Source: Balamuthia mandrillaris (Eukaryota). From it: a DNA stretch of 64,000 nucleotides. The stretch spans positions 124,001-188,000 of the forward strand of contig JAVKOQ020000054.1 in assembly GCA_031835245.2 (NCBI GenBank). The letters run 5' to 3'. Position 1 is the first letter of the stretch; each line of letters opens with the position of its first letter. The notes below the pieces were generated by a model, which saw only the letters and a list, made by a program, of their open reading frames with translations, searched no databases and was not told where the DNA came from. Made by a program: the position numbers and the translations under genes. Below are positions 33,377 to 43,545 of the stretch, piece by piece.

Positions 33377-35644
33377 ATGCAGCAACAGCAGCAAGTAGGA
33401 AGCTGTTCGCTATGCGGCTGCTCTAACTTTGCGCAGAACCCATGGCTCAAGTCACACCGTTGCAGCAACTGCCAGCATGAGCATGACTCTCCTTCCTTCC
33501 TGCCGCCCGCCGCAGACGGAAGAAACACGCCGCTCGCTACGACTACCACTGCCGCTGCTGCTGCTGCTACGAACAGAGGAGGCCGGCTGGGGCCCGTCGC
33601 TGCTGCCACAGCAAGAGGAGGCGGTCGTGGAGCAGCCGGAGGAAGGCCCTCCTTTCGGGCAGTTGGAGGGGGCATCACCTCCACACAAACACATCCCTCC
33701 TCCCCATCAGACAAGAGTGATAACGGCAGACACTGTGAGAGTGACCCCCACCCGTTGGGAGCACCTACAGGAGCAGAAGGAAGCCAGACCCTTCTATCTG
33801 CCTGTGCTGCTTCTGGCGGCATTGGAGGAAACCACAGACCTTTGCCTCCTCCTCCTGCCTCTTTTGTAGCCCCACAAGTTTCAGCCTTTTGCTCGCCCAC
33901 TGCCGCTACCAGCAGCACCAATGGTAGCGATCAGGCTCCTTTCCTCACTACCACCGCCATAAGCAGCAGCGATCTCCAAACACACCATTCACACCAACAA
34001 CAACACCAACATCACCAACAGCAGCTGGACGAAGAGATGGAGGAGGAAGAAAGCGCAGAAGGATTAGAGGCTACCGCTCATACACACGAAAAACAGGTCC
34101 ACTCACGTGTGCCTGAGCAACAAACTCCGCAAGATGAGAGGACACTTCCACAAATGCCTCGTAAGACCCACCGGGACCACCTTGCAACTGAATTGGTAGA
34201 TAGCGAACGAATCTATGTCAAAAATTTGGCTTTGCTTATTAGGGTTTGTCGTCCCTTTCTTCTCACGATACTTCCCCCTCTCTCTCTCCTCTCTCTTCTC
34301 CCTCCTCCCTCCCTCCCCTCCCTCCCTCCCTCCCTCCTCCCTCCCTCCTCCCTCCCTCCCTCCTCCCTCCCTCCTCCCCCTCCCTCCCTCCTCCCTCCCT
34401 CCCTCCCTCCCTCCTCCCTCCCTCCTCCTCCCCTCCTCCCTCCCTCCTCCCTCCCTCCCTCCCTCCCTCCTCCCTCCCTCCCTCCTCCCTCCCTCCCTCC
34501 TCCCTCCCCTCCCTCCCTCCCTCCCTCCCTCCTCCCTCCCTCCCTCCTCCTCCCTCCTCCCTCCCTCCCTCCTCCCCTCCCCCTCCCTCCCTCCTCCCTC
34601 CCTCCTCCCTCCCAAGCATGCGATTAATTTTGGCCGATACAGACTTTTCTGAAGCCGCTCAGAGCAGGCAAGCACCGACTCGATATGTCAACGGTATTAG
34701 AGCCGACATTCGGCTTGCTGGGAGAAGTTGGTTCCTTGGGTCTCGATATTAGCACAGGAGGTCGTGGTTTACAGCAAGGAGAAGGTGGAGAACAATCTCC
34801 ACAACAAGACGTACGTAATGACGAGCATCATCACCGAGCAAGTTCTACCAGTATGGAAGAGAGAATCGAGAGTGCCAATCCAATGACCGCTACAGCCTCA
34901 ACAAACGCGGAATTATCTCACAGTATGCTGATGAGGACCCGTTCCTTCACCACCAGTTTCTTCGGGAAGAAAGAAGGCGAGCCTCTCCTTAGTGAGGAAC
35001 AGATAACCATCTTGTGCAGCAACATAGAAGAGATCTATGGCCTGAACAAGATTTTGTTGAAAGACTTGGAGAATAGAATGGAGAGCTGGGATCGAAACAA
35101 TACTCTTATTGGCGATATCTTCTTGGAGCTGGTACGCCTGCTTGCTTCCTGTTACTACTGAGAGCTGTGCTTCAATGAGGTGACACTGATAATATTATGC
35201 TATTGCCTTATAGACTCCCTATTTAAAGAATTATGTGGTCTATGCTCGCATGAATGAGGGCGCGCAGACCCTTCTGCTAGAGCTAGAGAATAATTCAAGC
35301 TTTGTTGAGTTCTTACACAGCTGGGAACGTCTTTCGATAATTCGCCCTGGCAATCTTCGTTCTTTCCTCATCCTTCCTATTCAAAGGATTCCTCGCTATG
35401 AGCTGTTCTTAAAAGACTTGGTCAAACATACCCAAGAAGACCACCCAGATTATTATAATCTGTGCCAAGCCTTGCAAAAAGTTAAGGGAGTCAATCACAT
35501 CATTAACGATAATATTAGACAAGCAAAGAACCGGCTCAAGATTGTAGAGTTGCAGCACAGCCTTGTTAAAAAAGCATGGCAGAAAACGGCTATCCCCCAA
35601 GTCCGTAGCTCTATGTGTTGCATTTTTTTCGCCCACTCTTTTTG

Positions 35645-35679
<35 letters not shown>

Positions 35680-36849
35680 ATGTTTTCTTATTCCCTGCAA
35701 TTTTAGTTGGTGGCTGCACACAGGACATTTGTAAAAGAGGGCACGTTGACCAAGGTGTGCAGAAGTACACATGAACAACGATCGTTTGTATTACTGAATG
35801 ACATGCTTATTTATATGGCGGAAACTGCAGTCTCCAAGTATACCCACCAGAAGCGGTACCAGTTCCACGCAATGCTTTCACTTGAAACCCTTCGTGTAGA
35901 TGATTTGCCTGATAGAGGTAATTCTATTTACTCTTCTGCTTATAATCTGCATTTCTTGTATAACTCAATTTCGCCATCACCACCTCACGATTGCCCAACA
36001 ACAAATGCAGCAACGGCATCAAGGGACGTGAAGAACGCATTCAAAATTGTTCACCCAAAAAAGTCATTTGTTGTGTATGCCGACACAAAACAGGACAAGG
36101 AACAGTGGTTATCTGCCCTGCGAGATACCATTGCAGAATGGAGAGAAAAGAAAAGCACACTAGCTTCCAGCGATGAGGCCGCCAACGATCCATCTGCACT
36201 GGTAGAAGCCCCCGTCTGGATCCCTGACGAAGAAACCAACAACTGCATGCTTTGCACCATAGAGTTCACCTTAACAAAACGTCGGCACCACTGCCGGTCC
36301 TGTGGCAAAATCATTTGTGGAGAATGTTCCAGGCAGCGAGTCCTCCTTCGCAATGTCAGCGCTACTCCTGTGCGTGCATGCAATGCTTGTGCTGCTCGAC
36401 TCCTCCCAAGCGACGGGAATAACAACAACAAAGATAACTCTCATCCAAAATCTCGCCCTATTTTGGCGAACAACCGTGCCACTAGTCAGCTTCCTCCGCG
36501 GCCAGCCATTACTCTCCTTGCACCGTCATCACTTCCTCCCTCCACTCCTACCAGCATCCCTATTGCTCACCACTCACCAACTATGTTCGCACTGCCGCCT
36601 TTACCGCCTTCTTCTTCTCACCATTCCAACCAAACCTCCCCCTTTTCTGTTCAGAGTCCCACCCCAGAACGCCAACCTTTGAGTGGCGCGCCTCATCGCC
36701 CTCCCTTGCCCCTTGCCTACAATCACAACCCTTCCGCTCTGTCCCCTTCGTTTCCCTCTAATACTGCCCACCACTGCTCTCCTTCTGCGCCATCTTGTTC
36801 GGGTTACGGCAACACTGATGACGGTTATGGCGATGGTACTGATGGATAA
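33377..36849 (+). CDS. FGD/frabin-like RhoGEF: N-terminal Cys/His motif, DH, PH, FYVE, Pro-rich tail
   Basis: [108 protein letters not shown]. Confidence 0.9.
34272..34613. repeat. Intronic pure C/T tract of about 340 bp (CCT/CCCT units)
   Basis: No purines on the + strand across the tract; lies within the intron at about 34244-34641. Confidence 0.95.
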
Positions 36850-37001
36850 AGATGGCACTTGGTGGACATCCAGAGGGATCAGACAGCCATGGCACATCCT
36901 ACACCACTATCGATCATTACCCTTCTAACTGAATGTGGCAATGCTACTATAATGATAACTATCTTATCATTGCCGTCTCTCTGTCTCTCTCTGTCTCTCT
37001 G

Positions 37002-37050
<49 letters not shown>

Positions 37051-37262
37051 GTGAGCAAGGACATAGAGTGCCCCCTGGCAATGTGATTGTTTGTGACAAG
37101 CGCCACAGTTCCTTAAAGACCTGTGGACAATGTGGTACCATCAATGCATCGATTTGTTTCTCCCCTCCTGCGGTGGGACCTGTCCCACATATGGATGCAG
37201 GGCTTGCAAGCTTAGCTAGGATTGTTGAGTTTTGGGAAAAAGTTCGATAGGCGCAAATGAAG

Positions 37263-37939
37263 CTATCTACCAAGACCTAAGGCGGGGCCAAGAAGGATGG
37301 CAACGTCCAAGTAGTCGCCTGTCACAAAGTGCACATCGTCCAGGGTCTTCTTATCATCCTCTCCACGGCGGTAGGGCTGAGTGATGCCAAGGTGCTTGCT
37401 AACATAGCGGCCCCGCGTGTTCGGATAGATCAGCGAGAATGACAAACGGGCGTCTCTCCTCCTTGCCATTGGGTTTACTTCCTTGATTAGGTCTGACAAC
37501 TCTCTCAGTGTTGCATCTCTCCTTTGGAAGAAATAACCAATGGTCAGTACTGGGGGCAACGCAACGCAATGCAAAGAATGGCAGAGACAAAGTAAGTGAA
37601 CAACAACAAGAAAATAGCCCCACCAAGTGTAAATCTGAACCTCGTCTTCAGGCTCCCGTCCTGCCTCTTGAAACTCCTCTGGTCTATTTAGAAGCAAATT
37701 GAGCTAGATGTAAAGGGAAGGAGTCCTGCGACAGGAATAGGTGCCTACCTGTGATGGGAATCTAGCTTTGTGAACACCCGAAGCAACAAGGGGCAGACCT
37801 GTTTAAGGAAGACAGGGTCAAACCTCCATGAAAAGAACCATAGGAGAGAAGGGCAAGGAGGGAAATATACCTTTTCTCTGTCAATGGGAGGGTTCTGTCT
37901 TCGAGGGGCGTTACTGACTACCACAGAAGAAGTTGCCAT
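37263..37939 (-). CDS. SAP18: Sin3-associated protein 18
   Basis: IDREKVCPLLLRVF, EVQIYTW, DATLRELSDLIKEV, TLDDVHFVTGDYLDVAI. Confidence 0.95.
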
Positions 37940-38035
37940 CGTGAGGTGTTTCCTTGTAGTTAACCCTCCTCCTCGCTTCTCTTTTTTCTTCTTCTCCGTT
38001 TATTTATTTTTGTTTGTTTGTGGGAGTGGCAAAGA

Positions 38036-38151
38036 ATGTAAGACTGCAAGGTAGACAAAACTTAGATACCACGTCACGCTATTCCGCTTTGTCTCAGCGG
38101 GAGCAAAGTACATGACTCCTCAATACTTATGTCCACCCTGCGGCGCTACAG
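38036..38151. mobile_element. MITE-like element, copy 2
   Basis: agacaaaacttagataccacgtcacg..ctttgtctcagcggga..ctcaatacttatgtccaccctgcggcgctacag aligns to 7766-7878. Confidence 0.6.
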
Positions 38152-38364
38152 TGCAAAGAACGGCCATATCGCTTTGACGTCAGATCTGATCGATGATGTA
38201 AAAAAATTTCTTGCACACGTCACCGTCGGGCAGCCTTACCAAAAAAAGGAGGGCCTGGATGATGATGTCATGACCCGTGTGAAGACTCCCCAAACACAGG
38301 ACAAAAAAGATTTAAAGAGAAAAAAAGGGGGAAAGATTGAAGGGATTATGGCAAGGGAGTGTAT

Positions 38365-39789
38365 TTATTTTTGAGAGGGACCGTGATGGTAGAGCGCAAA
38401 GCAATTCTTTCGTTCTGTATGCAAATACACCGGGGTTTCAGGAGTGGAGCATGCAACGCAGATTGTTTGGCAGTTGCCTTTTCGTGTGTGTTGGCTGGTG
38501 CGCTGAGCCACTTCTTTGCAACAGAGGCATGTTCCGCGTTTCCCTATCCTCTCTGGAAAGTGGATCCCTCCACCTGCTTGATGGTTGGTATCACTTCTTT
38601 TCCTCTTTTTCCTCTTTGTGCCTCCTGCTTTTTCCAGCAAGGCATGCGCAAGCTGGCAAAGAAACTCCTTGCGTGTTTTTGCTGCTTTCTCATTATTTTT
38701 GTTGGTCATTTTGTAGATGACGTAGGCATTGGCGAGTGCAAGAGAAAGCAAGGTGTGGAGTTGGGCTCTTGTATGCTTGGGAGTGCAATGTTTGAAGGAA
38801 TAACGTAAGCGAGCTGCGTTTGCACGGTCCACAAAGTTGAGTGTGCTTCGGTAGAAGTGCACTACTTGAGGTATGTTGTTTGTGTCTTGTCTTGGTTCAT
38901 GAAACATGTTTGTGAAGAGATTAAGGACCTTCTTATCTCGCCAACAGAGGGCCATTAGCTTGTGAGAAGAAGAGCGCCATACCATTGAGCCCCGAGTTGC
39001 AGCAAGCAATCCATGCAGTTGTGAAAAAGGTTTATCTGCCTTACAGCTCATAACAAAGTACACCTTCTTCTTTCTCAGTGCTCTTGCTGTTGAGAGTCTG
39101 CCATAATAGGAGTCCATGCTAACTGTGTATCCTTTTCCTTTATCAGGAAGCGCCTCAATGAAGTCTGTAACAATCTGTTTTGTCGCTGGCTGGTATCCTT
39201 GATAAGTCCAAAAGTCATAAACATACGTTGTTTGATCTGCAAGAAGGTACAGTTTGATCCCATTTGGGTGGGGCTTTCCTTTCACGAAGACTCGAACTCC
39301 TTTCTTTCTTCCTTTCCGTGGACTCATTCCTTCATCAATACACACATACTTGTAGGGCGTCCAATGCTTTTTGAAGTTCTTTCGCAGTTTTTCTTCCACA
39401 CTTTCGACATTACAGTGCAACCACTTGTGGATTCTCTTCCACCTTTTTCTTCCTATTGCCTCTTTGACAAACTGTGAGCCCAGGATGGAGCATTTCTTCC
39501 AATAGTCCTCAATCGCTGGCTTTGGGCTGATGCTCATCACAATTAACACAGCCAAATAGGCGTAGAGGTCTTCTTTGGTGAGCAAAAAAGGTTCTTCTTC
39601 ACCACCACCATTTTTTTGTTGAAAGTAGGCTATTGTATCACTAACTAAATGGTCAAATAGTTTGCTAGTGAAAAAAAGAAAAAAAGATGCAATGATTGAC
39701 AATGGTGAATCCCCAAAGTTTTTTGGGCCTGGTTCTTGTGTGAAGGGAAAGTAACGGAAGTGGAGCTTTTTTCCTTCATCCCACACCAT
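38365..39789 (-). CDS. piggyBac-family transposase (DDE_Tnp_1_7) with C-terminal Cys-rich domain; frame stays open up to 40026
   Basis: IEDYW; CIDEGM; KGKPHPNGIKLYLLAD; MDSYY; WRDKK; FVDRAN; CLCC..CVAC..LH..CFALYH; intronless and uninterrupted. Confidence 0.9.
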   Translation of the reverse strand: MVWDEGKKLHFRYFPFTQEPGPKNFGDSPLSIIASFFLFFTSKLFDHLVSDTIAYFQQKNGGGEEEPFLLTKEDLYAYLAVLIVMSISPKPAIEDYWKKCSILGSQFVKEAIGRKRWKRIHKWLHCNVESVEEKLRKNFKKHWTPYKYVCIDEGMSPRKGRKKGVRVFVKGKPHPNGIKLYLLADQTTYVYDFWTYQGYQPATKQIVTDFIEALPDKGKGYTVSMDSYYGRLSTARALRKKKVYFVMSCKADKPFSQLHGLLAATRGSMVWRSSSHKLMALCWRDKKVLNLFTNMFHEPRQDTNNIPQVVHFYRSTLNFVDRANAARLRYSFKHCTPKHTRAQLHTLLSLALANAYVIYKMTNKNNEKAAKTRKEFLCQLAHALLEKAGGTKRKKRKRSDTNHQAGGGIHFPERIGKRGTCLCCKEVAQRTSQHTRKGNCQTICVACSTPETPVYLHTERKNCFALYHHGPSQK

Positions 39790-39816
39790 TTCCTTTTTTT
39801 TTCGAGGAGCTTTTTC

Positions 39817-39960
39817 TGTTTGACGTGTGTGTTGTGTGCGTTGTGTTCGGCGCGTGCGTTGTGTTTGGCGTGTGCGTTGTGTTTGGTGCGTGCGTTGTGT
39901 TTGGTGCGTGCGTTGTGTTTGGTGCGTGCGTTGTGTTTGGTGCGTGCGTTGTGTTTGACG
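39817..39960. repeat. 18-bp tandem repeat (tgcgttgtgtttggtgcg) upstream of the piggyBac ATG
   Basis: About 7-8 units; reads QTQRTH in the transposase frame. Confidence 0.9.
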
Positions 39961-40187
39961 TCTTGTGTGAAAAAAATAAACTCCAAAAAAAATTCTTTTT
40001 TTTGTGTGAAAAAAACCTCCACTCAAAAAACCGGAAAAACGCCAACGGATGTTTCATTATTTTTGTGGTCCCATTCATGGATAATATATAATGGAGGCGG
40101 CCACTGACAAATCACGACATTAGTCTTTTGGGCCAAAGTTAACTACAAAGAAAGGGAAGGAAAACAGCAACAACAACCACTTTGGTT

Positions 40188-41768
40188 TTAGCTGCAATTG
40201 AAGAGGGAAAGTTTGGGGTGGGAGCTTTGGAGGGAGTTGGGAGGCAGAGCCAGGCTGCAAGCATGCAATTGCAACGACTTGAGCCAGTAAGGCAGGCCTT
40301 CGGGCGGGGCAAGCACCTCACATGCTTCTTTGTCCAGAGAAAGATTCCACAAATGGAGGTCGGTGATCTTCACATCATGCCGCTTGTAGAGAGTTTCCAA
40401 TGCGGAGAGCAGATTGGAAAGGGAGCGGGCGCTTGCTCGTCCTCCCTTAGCAACAAGGTTGGCACCTCCGTCAGGTTCGGCTGCTCTCCGCAGGAACGCC
40501 ACCCACTCTGCCTCGCCAGTTGAGTCTTGTGAGAGCATTTTCTCCGCTGTTGGCCTCTCGCCTTGTTTTGTGTTGTTTATGTCGCCTTGCGGGGTGGCAG
40601 GTGATTCAGATTTGCCCTTCTCCTCTCCCATACGGGGTGAATGCCGTTGAGGGGCATTGAAAATTTCGGAGGAAGAAGGACAAGAGGATTCCAAGGAGAA
40701 GGATGGTGGACAACACGCCAACGCCCGCTCAGTCAGTTGGGAAAGAGGACCAGAGCCTCGCACCAGCAACTCTCGTTCAGGTCCAAAGGCTAAAGCGTCT
40801 GCCAGTAACGTGCTGAGTACCTCTCCATCAATGTGCCATTCTGGTAGTTTGGCCAGCTTCTCCAAGTACGGTTTCCCCAGCTCGTCGAGCAGGGCTTTGA
40901 ACCTACTTATCAAGGTCAATTGCTTACTGACACGTTCATTTAGCTCCACCTCAATTGCCTGCTTAATCTCTCTGCTTTCTCGATTCGAAAGGCGGGAGTA
41001 AATTTCCTGTACAAGGTTGCCTTTTACCGTCGAATTATTAGTATGAAGTAACCACTCAGAGCAGAAAGACAACAAAGCAACGACACATGAAAAAAACATA
41101 CCATTCGTCTCGAGTTTAAAGTAAAAGCTAACGAGTGAGAAGGAGGGTATCATATCTAGAGCGCCATCTAAATACAAGGAAACACGCTGGGATAGTTGAT
41201 CAAAGGTATCAATAAGATTTGCAGGGGCATCTTTATCGGAGGGAAGAGACAGAGCTTCGTAGTGGCCTGGAGTGGGTGTGAAGTAAAGAAGGATAGGTAA
41301 ACCCCTTTGGGAAGATCTCTGCTGCTTGTCGCCATTCCCCTCAGAGGCAAACTGACTGCCAATGATTAAGTCACGGCCTGGGGCGAGGGTACGATTGTAG
41401 GTAAGTCGCAAGCTCAGGTCGTCAAAGGCTACCACCTGAATGGGCCGTTCCAATAGGTTAGACAGCTTTTGAACTTGGATGTGATCAGCCCAGACGCCGG
41501 CCTTTGCCATCGTGATGGAGTCATTTACGTCTTGAATGACGAAACCCTGGTACGGGTATTCTTCCGCCATCCCATTCTTCTTCAGTTTTTGCTCGGTGCC
41601 GGTATTGATTTTCTTTCGCAGTTTCAGGCTGAGAACGTCCTCCCAGTCTCGTGGAATCTCGGGATACATAAACTTTATCACTGCTCGAAAGAAGCAATTG
41701 CCATCTCCTTCCACCGAAAGGATTTTGTGTACCGTCTGCTCTGCAATTAAGCTGCGGAAGGTATCCAT
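40188..41768 (-). CDS. OTU-family deubiquitinase-like protein with an LRR-like C-terminus
   Basis: SVEGDGNCFFRAV (catalytic D..C); WADHIQVQKLSNLLERPIQV; GHYEAL (catalytic H); ITDLHLWNLSL and LKSLQLHACSL. Confidence 0.8.
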   Translation of the reverse strand: MDTFRSLIAEQTVHKILSVEGDGNCFFRAVIKFMYPEIPRDWEDVLSLKLRKKINTGTEQKLKKNGMAEEYPYQGFVIQDVNDSITMAKAGVWADHIQVQKLSNLLERPIQVVAFDDLSLRLTYNRTLAPGRDLIIGSQFASEGNGDKQQRSSQRGLPILLYFTPTPGHYEALSLPSDKDAPANLIDTFDQLSQRVSLYLDGALDMIPSFSLVSFYFKLETNGMFFSCVVALLSFCSEWLLHTNNSTVKGNLVQEIYSRLSNRESREIKQAIEVELNERVSKQLTLISRFKALLDELGKPYLEKLAKLPEWHIDGEVLSTLLADALAFGPERELLVRGSGPLSQLTERALACCPPSFSLESSCPSSSEIFNAPQRHSPRMGEEKGKSESPATPQGDINNTKQGERPTAEKMLSQDSTGEAEWVAFLRRAAEPDGGANLVAKGGRASARSLSNLLSALETLYKRHDVKITDLHLWNLSLDKEACEVLAPPEGLPYWLKSLQLHACSLALPPNSLQSSHPKLSLFNCS

Positions 41769-41777
41769 TACCTTCTT

Positions 41778-41836
41778 TCAAGTGTTAAAATAAATGAGGT
41801 TCTGCAAATATAAATGCGTACATAACCCCTCTCACT

Positions 41837-41874
<38 letters not shown>

Positions 41875-43000
41875 TCTCTCTTCTCTCTTCTCTTCTCTCT
41901 ATCCCTCTCTTGAAGGAGGACGTACAAACTCAATGGGAGTTATAAAGCCAACCAACAGCTTCTTTTCTGGAGGGGATGCAAGAAAGGGGTAGAGGTCTGC
42001 CTCGATTTCAGGTAGTTTGGCAGGCACTTGTTTGCTCAGGCGCACCTCTGGATTGTTAAACAATATTATCGCCGCCAGTTGCAGCTTTCTTTGTTGGAAG
42101 CGAAGTTCTTCCTTGCAGAAACGTTTCTTCGTCTCTTCATCTTTCAGCCTATTTTGTTGTAAAGTGAGAAACCAACATTATAACATAGTCCCACTTAGCA
42201 AACAAACCGTTTCTCGATGTTGCGAAGGGCATAGAAGCAGTTACGCAAAGCAGGCCAGTTGGGTAGCGTTGAGGATGTAAGTTCCTTCTTGGTGGTACCT
42301 CTTGTGTGCTCAAACAGAATGAGAGAAAGAGGCTGGTCCATCCAAGATAAAAAACATGCGGGTCAGCGCTTTCGAAGGCAGGAGAAAAAGAAAGGTCAAG
42401 GCAAAGACAAGGACAAACCAAACACTGGTGAGAATGCAGAAACTTGAGCAACAGAACAAACTCGGCCAAGGAGGCAAGCTCCTGAAGCCATGTTTCGTGT
42501 GTGGGATGCAGGGCGGCTACGGCTTCCTCGGTTGCTCTGGTGGCGAGAGTTATCAAGCCTTCCTTCAGCTTAGCAGAGGGGCCTTGTCGCGCTTGCTTGC
42601 TGTAGAACTGAAAGAGGGCAAACGGCTCCGGCAACAGCTCTTGGCTGAGAGACTTTTGCAGGTAGACGTCCTCCACGAACAGGAAGGTGAGGAGGCTCTC
42701 ACGTAGCTTATGGCAGGCCGTCTGCAGCTGATCACGCAGCTCCAGCAGACGCGTGTGGGCTGCCTCGAATTCTGCCGTGCGCTTGTGGCTTAGGGCTTGA
42801 AGGGCGTCTTTTTGGGCGGCACCTTGGCAGGAGCTGCGGCATTTGCTGTTCTCCTCCACGTAGCGGCAGCTCTCTTGGTAGAGCCAACCCCTGGCTGAGA
42901 CTGCTGGTCTGCCTTTGTCCTCCCACAGGGCTTGAAGCCTCTTCCACTCCTCGTTGCAGGACTGCCACAAGGGAACCTCCTCCGTTGCTTCTCCTTCCAT
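41778..43000 (-). CDS. Helical protein of unknown function, possibly the 5' exons of the OTU gene
   Basis: ORF from MEGEATEEVPLWQSC; GT-AG introns; exon LKDEETKKRFC..FITPIEF followed by two candidate acceptors. Confidence 0.55.
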
Positions 43001-43545
43001 CTTCCCTGAAATTCTTTCGTCTGTTTGATTCTTCTTCTTCTGTTGGCCGTTGTGGCTATTCTTTTTTTTTTCTTTTGTTTGGGTGTGGGGTTGGTTGTTT
43101 GAATGGAAGGGCGTGCTACTACTACTTGCACAACTTCTTCTTCTTGTTTGGACTTGCCGGCCAGCCAGCAGGGAAGCAGGGCAGCAGGGAGGCAACAGAA
43201 AGAAAAGAAATAAGAAAAATAAAAGAAATTTGTTGGCATGCTCCGCTTTAGGGGGGAGGGGAGGGAGCCCAACGAAAAAGGGGTGGGCATGGCGCGTTTT
43301 GTTCTGGCCGTTAACGACGATCGAGGTGATCTAACCAACCATCAATCATAGTTTTCTTACTTTCTAAGGACATCTGCCACGTCAGGCAAGCGGAAGAGAG
43401 GAGGTGCAAAAGGCCTGCTTTGGCTACGGAGCTCAAAGGAGCGCTCGCCAGCACCTTGTTCATGTGGCTACTAATCAATGGGACAACGAAAATAGAGCCA
43501 GCTGCACTATAGTTACTTATATACAAGGCCAAGTGTTTTTGTTTT

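Noticed and set aside
34103..34752. Pro/Ser/Leu- and Gly/Arg/Glu-rich ORFs
   Set aside because: Artefacts of the intronic C/T tract.
39817..39960. CRISPR-like array
   Set aside because: Head-to-tail repeats with no unique spacers, no cas genes, eukaryotic context.
37953..40148. 11-bp inverted match ttgtagttaac / gttaactacaa as piggyBac ends
   Set aside because: The match lies outside rather than inside the TTAA, the inner sequences differ, and the left site is just upstream of the SAP18 ATG; likely chance.
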